NCBI GenBank assembly: GCA_014379585.1
Contig: JACMLN010000098.1
Location: forward strand, 1-64,000
DNA from: Gloeobacterales cyanobacterium ES-bin-313
GTDB lineage: Bacteria > Cyanobacteriota > Cyanobacteriia > Gloeobacterales > Gloeobacteraceae
DNA length: 64,000 nt
Direction: 5' to 3'
Numbering within the stretch: the first letter of the stretch is position 1; each line of letters begins with the position of its first letter. Positions 58,146 through 64,000 of the stretch are shown piece after piece. The position numbers and the translations under genes were made by a program. The notes beneath the pieces were generated by a model. The model was not told where the DNA came from. It did not search any database and saw only the letters and a list, made by a program, of their open reading frames with translations.

Positions 58146-59053
58146 TGATGGAAATCCTCGGTCGTCGTCCCAGTGTGTTGTTGTTGACTGTAGCTGCCCT
58201 TGGCGCTATGCTCGCCGCCGGCGCAATTTTGATCTTTCAGGCTCGACCACTACCGAATTTCCCCAAACTTGCTCCCGTGGCGAAAGTCGATAAGCTCCAA
58301 CAGCTCCTACGCCAAATCCCCGATCAAGCCCAGCTCGAACAGGCGCAAACACTTGCAGTCCAGGGCAATTCTGCCAATTTGCTTCAGGCCATCCTGCAAC
58401 TAGATCGCCTCAACAAAAATTCTGCCGTGAGCGCCGATGCTCGACGTTTCATGCATCGCTGGAGTCAAGAACTGATCGCACTAGCCCTCGTTGAAACCCG
58501 AGCGGGAAGCCCCTCCTCTTTGCGCTCGGCCATTGCACTGCTTGGGCAACTGCCAAAGTCCAGTGAAGATTTTGGGGTAGCGCAAGAGCAAGTCCGCAAA
58601 TGGCAGCAACAGTTGGAAATCGCGATGCGACCCCTCATCTCCGCTCCGACTGTCGATTCGGTGAGCGTCGATGCTACCCAACCCCTCCCCACAAGCCAAG
58701 AGCCGACAGCGACTGATCGAGATCTCCTAATTAGCCTTGAGCAAACCGTCGAGGGGATCGTGCTCCAGGTCACTGGCGCGCACCTAGAAGTCTCCGGGGA
58801 TTTTCAAATATTTCTCACCCTCACCAACAATTCCAACCAGCGCTACACCTTCTTGCCCACGGGCATTCACCTCGAAGATGGTGGGGAGATCGATTCTTTG
58901 GACGCGGGTCAAGATAAAGGGAATATTCTGCCCGGTGCTTCTTTGCGGGTAACCCTCTCAGGCCACGGCCCTTGGCAGCCACCCTACCGTTTGCGCCTCG
59001 AAGAAAGCCGCAGTTCCGGCCAGCGCGACTTCAATCTCTTGCTCCCTCTATGA
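58145..59053 (+). CDS. membrane-anchored hypothetical protein with a C-terminal beta-domain
   Basis: N-terminal TM helix; 1-nt overlap with scpB. Confidence 0.4.
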   Translation: MMEILGRRPSVLLLTVAALGAMLAAGAILIFQARPLPNFPKLAPVAKVDKLQQLLRQIPDQAQLEQAQTLAVQGNSANLLQAILQLDRLNKNSAVSADARRFMHRWSQELIALALVETRAGSPSSLRSAIALLGQLPKSSEDFGVAQEQVRKWQQQLEIAMRPLISAPTVDSVSVDATQPLPTSQEPTATDRDLLISLEQTVEGIVLQVTGAHLEVSGDFQIFLTLTNNSNQRYTFLPTGIHLEDGGEIDSLDAGQDKGNILPGASLRVTLSGHGPWQPPYRLRLEESRSSGQRDFNLLLPL

Positions 59054-59098
59054 TGCTTCTAAACATTTAGTGATAAGATTTCGGTTGTTCGCAAATGG

Positions 59099-60085
59099 GT
59101 GAAAGGTTCCGTGCCAATCCGTGTGGGAGTGATCGGTGTTGGGAGCATGGGCCAGCATCATACCCGTGTGCTCAGCCTCTTGAAAGATGTCTGCTTAGTT
59201 GGGGTTGCGGATGTCAACCGAGAACGCGGCCTCGATACGGCCAGCAAGTACCGGGTTCAGTACTTTGAAGATTATCGGGAGTTGCTCCACCACGTCGATG
59301 CTGCCTGCATTGCCGCCCCGACGCTGCTTCACCACTCCGTCGGTGTGGACTGCATCAAAGCAGGGAAGCACGTTTTGATCGAAAAACCGATTGCCTCCAA
59401 GATTTCAGAAGCCGAAGATCTGGTAAACCTCGCTGCCCAAAATGACTGCATCCTGCAAGTAGGGCATATTGAGCGTTTCAATCCTGTCTTTCGAGAAATG
59501 TGCAACGTCCTGGGTGGCGAGGAACTGATCGCCTTCGAAGCCCACCGCATGAGTCCCTATTCAGCACGGGCTAACGATGTCTCCGTAGTGCTCGACTTAA
59601 TGATCCACGACATCGACTTGCTCCTCGAAGTCGTACCTGACAGTGTGACCATCGAGAAAATCACGGCCTCTGGCAACTGCACTTCGACTCCTGGCCACCT
59701 GGACTATGTGACAGCTACCCTCGTGTTCAGCAGTGGCCTCGTCGCCACCCTGACGGCCAGCAAAGTCACCCACAGCAAACTGCGTACCCTCACGGTGCAC
59801 TGCAAAGATGCCCTCGTGGAGGCTGATTTTCTCAATAAGAAAATTCAGATCCACCGTCAAACCACTTCCAACACGCGCTCCGAGTACGGCCAGGTGCTCT
59901 ATCGCCAAGATGGACTGATTGAGATGGTACAAATTAGTAACATCGAACCGCTACATGCCGAACTCGAACACTTTATTCACTGTGTGCGCGGCGGCAGTCA
60001 GCCTTCGGTGGGGGGTGAGCAGGCTCTCAAAGCCCTGCGCATCGCCGCTGCCATCGAACAGATGGCTCTTGACTGCAAAGTTTGA
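59099..60085 (+). CDS. Gfo/Idh/MocA-family NAD(P)-dependent sugar oxidoreductase
   Basis: IGVIGVGSMGQHH Rossmann motif and EKP motif. Confidence 0.85.
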   Translation: MKGSVPIRVGVIGVGSMGQHHTRVLSLLKDVCLVGVADVNRERGLDTASKYRVQYFEDYRELLHHVDAACIAAPTLLHHSVGVDCIKAGKHVLIEKPIASKISEAEDLVNLAAQNDCILQVGHIERFNPVFREMCNVLGGEELIAFEAHRMSPYSARANDVSVVLDLMIHDIDLLLEVVPDSVTIEKITASGNCTSTPGHLDYVTATLVFSSGLVATLTASKVTHSKLRTLTVHCKDALVEADFLNKKIQIHRQTTSNTRSEYGQVLYRQDGLIEMVQISNIEPLHAELEHFIHCVRGGSQPSVGGEQALKALRIAAAIEQMALDCKV

Positions 60086-60120
60086 TACGATACTGACCCT
60101 GATTTGGCGGAGATCCTCGC

Positions 60121-61230
60121 TTGATTCCTATTCTTGACCTCTCACAGCAAACTGCAGCCCTGCTTCCTGAAATCGAACGTACGGTTGGCGAAATTTACCG
60201 CTCCGGCAGCTTTATTCTTGGCAAGCACGGCAAAGCCCTTGAAGCTGAAATCGCCCAACGCTCTGAAGTCGGCCATGGGATCGGTGTTGCTTCCGGAACT
60301 GACGCACTGCATATGGCTCTGCGTGCCCTGAATATCGGCCCAGGGGATGAAGTGATCACTAGTTCTTTCACATTTATCGCTACCGCCGAAGCCATTTCTT
60401 ATTGCGGAGCCACCCCCGTTTTTGCCGACATCGACCCGCTGACCTTTAACCTCGACCCACGCAAAGTGGCCGAAAAGCTCACAAGCCGCACCAAAGCGAT
60501 TCTGCCTGTGCATCTGTTTGGGCAGTCGAGCGACATGGATCCGCTTGTTGCCCTGGCTAAGGAGCATGGATTAGGGATTGTCGAAGACTGCGCCCAAGCG
60601 ATTGGCACGCTCTACAAAGGTCGTCCGGTTGGCTGTTTTGGGGCAGCAGGCTGTTTTAGCTTCTATCCCACCAAGAACCTCGGCGCTTTCGGTGACGGGG
60701 GAATGGCAGTTACCGATTCAGCCGACCTTGCCCAACGGATGCGTTCATTGCGCGCCCACGGCCAGTCGGAGCGCTACTACCACGACGAAGTTGGCTACTG
60801 CTCTCGTCTCGATGAGATTCAAGCAGCGATCCTGCGCATCAAGCTGCCCCACCTCGATCAGTGGAACCGCCAGCGCGCCGCCATCGCGGATCGCTACGAT
60901 GCCCTTTTGGCAGATCTGCCCCTGCACACCCCAGGACGAGCCAGCTACTCGACCCACACCTACCACCAGTACACTGTGCGCACGGAGCACCGCGAGCAAT
61001 TCCTGAGCGGTCTCAAAGAACGGGGAATCGGGGTCGGAGTCTACTACCCAGTCCCCATCCATCTGCAGAAAGCCTACGCAGATTTGGGCTATCAACCGGG
61101 CGATCTCAAAGAGTCCGAAAAAGCCGCCGCCGAAGTCTTTTCTCTGCCGATCTATCCCGATCTGCGCGAAGAGCAAATCGCTGAAGTTGTCGAAGCCATG
61201 CACAAGGCCGCTCCTCTCGCCTGGGTATAG
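60121..61230 (+). CDS. DegT/DnrJ/EryC1-family PLP-dependent sugar aminotransferase
   Basis: Full-length family resemblance, 369 aa. Confidence 0.85.
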   Translation: MIPILDLSQQTAALLPEIERTVGEIYRSGSFILGKHGKALEAEIAQRSEVGHGIGVASGTDALHMALRALNIGPGDEVITSSFTFIATAEAISYCGATPVFADIDPLTFNLDPRKVAEKLTSRTKAILPVHLFGQSSDMDPLVALAKEHGLGIVEDCAQAIGTLYKGRPVGCFGAAGCFSFYPTKNLGAFGDGGMAVTDSADLAQRMRSLRAHGQSERYYHDEVGYCSRLDEIQAAILRIKLPHLDQWNRQRAAIADRYDALLADLPLHTPGRASYSTHTYHQYTVRTEHREQFLSGLKERGIGVGVYYPVPIHLQKAYADLGYQPGDLKESEKAAAEVFSLPIYPDLREEQIAEVVEAMHKAAPLAWV

Positions 61231-62233
61231 ACCATTGAGTGCTAAAGCCGAACTGCACGCCCTGATTGACCGCTTTGCCGAAGGTTCGGTGCTGGTGGTC
61301 GGTGACTTGGCCTTGGATGAATTTCTGACTGGGGTGACTGAGCGCATCTCCCGCGAAGGACCTGTGTTGATTTTGCGCCACGAACATACCCGCCAAGTCC
61401 CCGGTGGTGCGGCCAATGCTGCCTACAACTTCGCCAAACTAGGTGCAAAAGTGACCATGGTGGGTGTGGTGGGTGAAGACTTACAGGCCCAAGCATTGCG
61501 CAATATTTTGGCCGAGGCTGGCATCGATGTTTCTGGATTAGTCGTCGATCCAACGAGACCGACGATTACCAAAACCCGAATCGCCGCCCACAGCCGCCAA
61601 TCAGTGACCCAGCAGGTTGTCCGCATTGACCGCAAATCCGACGAACCCCTCAGCCTAGATCTTCAAGCCCAGTTGTCCGAGCAGATTGCCACCTACGCCG
61701 CCGCCAATGCTGCCTTGGTCTGCTCCGACTACCTAGAAGGCACCTTCACAGATAAAACGATTGCAGCCACCCTGAACCACTCGCGTACCATCGTTGATAC
61801 CCACGCAGGTCTGGAGCGCTATCAAGGCGCGTATCTATTCACCCCCAATTTGCCTGAGGCAGAGTTGGCTGCTGGTTTTGCAATCCGCTCCGACGACGAT
61901 CTAAACCGTGCTGGTGCAGAGTTGTTGCACCGCACTGGAGCGAAGTACATCCTGATCACCCGTGGGGAAGAAGGGATGAGCTTATTTGGGGTCGATGGGA
62001 CACGCAGGGACATTCCAGCTTTTAATCGCACCCAGGTTTTTGATGTCACGGGCGCGGGCGATACGGTAGTTGCGGCTCTCACTTTGGCCTTAATTGCTGG
62101 AGGCGATGCCTATCAAGCTGCGATTTTAGGCAATCTTGCAGCTAGTATTGTCGTGCGCCAATTTGGGACAGCGACCACCGATGTTGCCACGTTGCACAGT
62201 CATCTAGAGGAACTGGAGTGGACATTCCTGTAA
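61187..62233 (+). CDS. hldE: PfkB-family heptose-7-phosphate kinase (HldE domain I; possible TTG start at 61235)
   Basis: VLVVGDLALDEF N-terminus and GAGD motif. Confidence 0.75.
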   Translation: MSKPCTRPLLSPGYRPLSAKAELHALIDRFAEGSVLVVGDLALDEFLTGVTERISREGPVLILRHEHTRQVPGGAANAAYNFAKLGAKVTMVGVVGEDLQAQALRNILAEAGIDVSGLVVDPTRPTITKTRIAAHSRQSVTQQVVRIDRKSDEPLSLDLQAQLSEQIATYAAANAALVCSDYLEGTFTDKTIAATLNHSRTIVDTHAGLERYQGAYLFTPNLPEAELAAGFAIRSDDDLNRAGAELLHRTGAKYILITRGEEGMSLFGVDGTRRDIPAFNRTQVFDVTGAGDTVVAALTLALIAGGDAYQAAILGNLAASIVVRQFGTATTDVATLHSHLEELEWTFL

Positions 62234-62691
62234 CTTCCCTTGCCCACCTCCAAGCCGCCATTCAGCGAGATCCTGAGCGTTGGCGACCGATGGTCTTGAC
62301 GAACGGCTGCTTCGATATTCTCCATGCAGGCCATGTGGACTATCTGGGCAAAGCCCGCGCCATTGGCCGCAGTCTCGTCGTCGGCCTCAACTCCGATCGC
62401 TCTGTGCGCCACCTCAAAGGGCCCCAACGCCCCATCAACACCGAAATGGCCCGCGCCACAGTCCTGGCTGCCTTAAGAGTTGTCGATGCAGTTGTTGTCT
62501 TCGAAGAGCAAACTGCCACCGCCCTCGTCGAAGCCCTGCAACCCGATTTTTATGTCAAAGGGGGCGACTATATTGTTGACACCCTCCCGGAAGCACCTGC
62601 CGTCCAAGCAAGCGGAGGACGCATCGTCCTTGTTCCTTTCACCTGGAATCTTTCGACCACTGCTCTGATTGCCCGTGCCCAATCTGGGTAG
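62218..62691 (+). CDS. heptose-1-phosphate adenylyltransferase (HldE domain II / RfaE2)
   Basis: NGCFDILHAGH cytidylyltransferase motif. Confidence 0.85.
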   Translation: MDIPVTSLAHLQAAIQRDPERWRPMVLTNGCFDILHAGHVDYLGKARAIGRSLVVGLNSDRSVRHLKGPQRPINTEMARATVLAALRVVDAVVVFEEQTATALVEALQPDFYVKGGDYIVDTLPEAPAVQASGGRIVLVPFTWNLSTTALIARAQSG

Positions 62692-63007
62692 CACATAGCT
62701 TCTGCTGAATACAGTCTTCCTGATTTGTTATTATGCGCTCTAGCAGTAAATGTAGATTGAATCTATCCCACAATATGTAATCCATACTTAACGTATACGT
62801 AGCGCCGAATTCACACTTTCTTCTTGATAACTTTATCAGCCATGAAACAACTTTGTCTGTTGAACATCTGTCCTTCAACCTTTCGAGTCTGTCTTGGGTA
62901 TTATAGTTGGGTGATTACTTGCTCAACTGGGTGTCTGCAGTTGTTCGCGGCCGCCTCTGTTCGGGGATTACTCTCGATGGGCTGGATTTAGATGCGGGTT
63001 TACGCTT

Positions 63008-64000
63008 GTGAGGAAAGTGGACAGTCAGAGCATTGACAATCTCAAAAACGCCACAAGAAGGCTTTGGCCAGTTCTTCTTATGGCGTTCTGGATGCTCTGG
63101 GCAATTCCTTCCGCCTTAGCTCAACCAGATGAGACGACGACCTCTGTGAATTTCCACTTTAAGCACCTAGCCGCGGAGCAGGGACTTTCCAATAGCACAG
63201 TTTTAACTGCGTTTCAAGATCATCTTGGTTTTCTTTGGTTTGGGACGGAAGACGGTCTTAACCGATACGACGGTTATAAATTCACCGTTTACCGATATGA
63301 AAGTGACAATCCTGCTTCCCTATCGCATAGCTTTATTACGTCTCTCGCTGAAGATAAAAATGGCAGAATTTGGGTTGGCACCTTGGGCGGTGGTTTGAAC
63401 CGTCTAGATAGGCACAACGATAGTTTTGCCCGCTTCCGTAACAACCCAAAGGATCCGGACAGTCTCGCTAGCAATCAGATCCGCTCGATCCATATTGATC
63501 CTCAAGGCATCTTGTGGATCGGTTTCGAGGGTGACGGACTTGACCGCTTCGATCCCACAACTCGAAAATTTTCTCACTATCGCCATAGCGAGGAAAATTC
63601 GGCAAGCCTAAGTAGCGATACTGTTTATAAGATCTATCAAGATCGTTCCGGTCAGATGTGGGTGGGGACCCGTGGCGGCCTGGATCGCTACGATCCAAAG
63701 GCCAAGCAATTTTCTCATTTTCGTCACAGCGATAGCGATCCTAATAGCCTCAGCGACGATCGGGTACGCGCTATTTTTGAAGATCATGAAGGCATCTTTT
63801 GGCTTGGTACAGGTGGAGGTGTCAATCGTCTAGACCCCCGTACGCAGAGATTTACACACTATATCCACGATCCCGAAAACCCTCAAAGTTTAAGCCTTGA
63901 TCAAATCCATAGTATTTTCGAAGATAGCAATGGCAGTCTTTGGATCGGTACCAATGGTGGCGGCTTGAATCAGTTAGATCGCCGAACAGGAAAGTTCATT
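63008..64000 (+). CDS. partial (3'-truncated) secreted sensor protein with two-component-regulator propeller repeats
   Basis: Repeated W.GT..GL.R.D motifs; signal peptide; GTG 63008 or ATG 63080 start; runs off the window end. Confidence 0.6.
   Translation, partial: MRKVDSQSIDNLKNATRRLWPVLLMAFWMLWAIPSALAQPDETTTSVNFHFKHLAAEQGLSNSTVLTAFQDHLGFLWFGTEDGLNRYDGYKFTVYRYESDNPASLSHSFITSLAEDKNGRIWVGTLGGGLNRLDRHNDSFARFRNNPKDPDSLASNQIRSIHIDPQGILWIGFEGDGLDRFDPTTRKFSHYRHSEENSASLSSDTVYKIYQDRSGQMWVGTRGGLDRYDPKAKQFSHFRHSDSDPNSLSDDRVRAIFEDHEGIFWLGTGGGVNRLDPRTQRFTHYIHDPENPQSLSLDQIHSIFEDSNGSLWIGTNGGGLNQLDRRTGKFI

Noticed and set aside
1-64000. CRISPR arrays, IS elements/transposases, integrases, rRNA
   Set aside because: No short regularly spaced direct repeats and no transposase- or integrase-like ORFs were seen; the only mobility signature is the repeat-flanked TA cassette.

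Overview
This looks like a cyanobacterial chromosomal segment: photosynthetic CO2-fixation genes, roughly 55-58% GC, bacterial operon structure, and little HIP1 (only one GCGATCGC seen, at about 44864). Coding density is high on both strands. The window holds a carbon-concentrating 'super-locus' of two divergent operons, rbcL-rbcX-rbcS-raf1-ORF on the minus strand and ndhF3-ndhD3-cupA-cupS on the plus strand. They share a 330-bp AT-rich intergenic region that contains a perfect LysR-type palindrome.

Other content, in order along the window:
- a flotillin/NfeD (yqiK/yqiJ-like) pair and a Ycf46-like AAA+ ATPase;
- two VapBC-like toxin-antitoxin modules, one flanked by about 95-bp direct repeats that duplicate the 5' end of the neighbouring gene;
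- purM and a tRNA-Arg(UCU);
- a YvcK/RapZ-like pair;
- a three-gene two-component cluster (OmpR-family regulator, PAS kinase, degenerate GGHEF-receiver protein) that abuts, convergently, a three-gene putative oxygenase operon (NDH-2-like flavin reductase, ferritin-like diiron protein, 2Fe-2S ferredoxin);
- a cyanoexosortase with a partner membrane protein;
- a glycogen-related DUF4912-GH57 pair preceded by palindromic hairpins;
- a truncated ribosomal-protein operon (rplC-rplD-rplW followed by a terminator) preceded on the same strand by a secreted-protein/TPR/HupE-like operon;
- an ECF sigma/anti-sigma/LTXXQ module, ftsW, scpAB, and a sugar-nucleotide cluster (Gfo/Idh/MocA oxidoreductase, DegT aminotransferase, split hldE).

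No CRISPR array, rRNA, transposase or integrase was recognised. All functional calls rest on motif and architecture recognition by eye, since no searches could be run.
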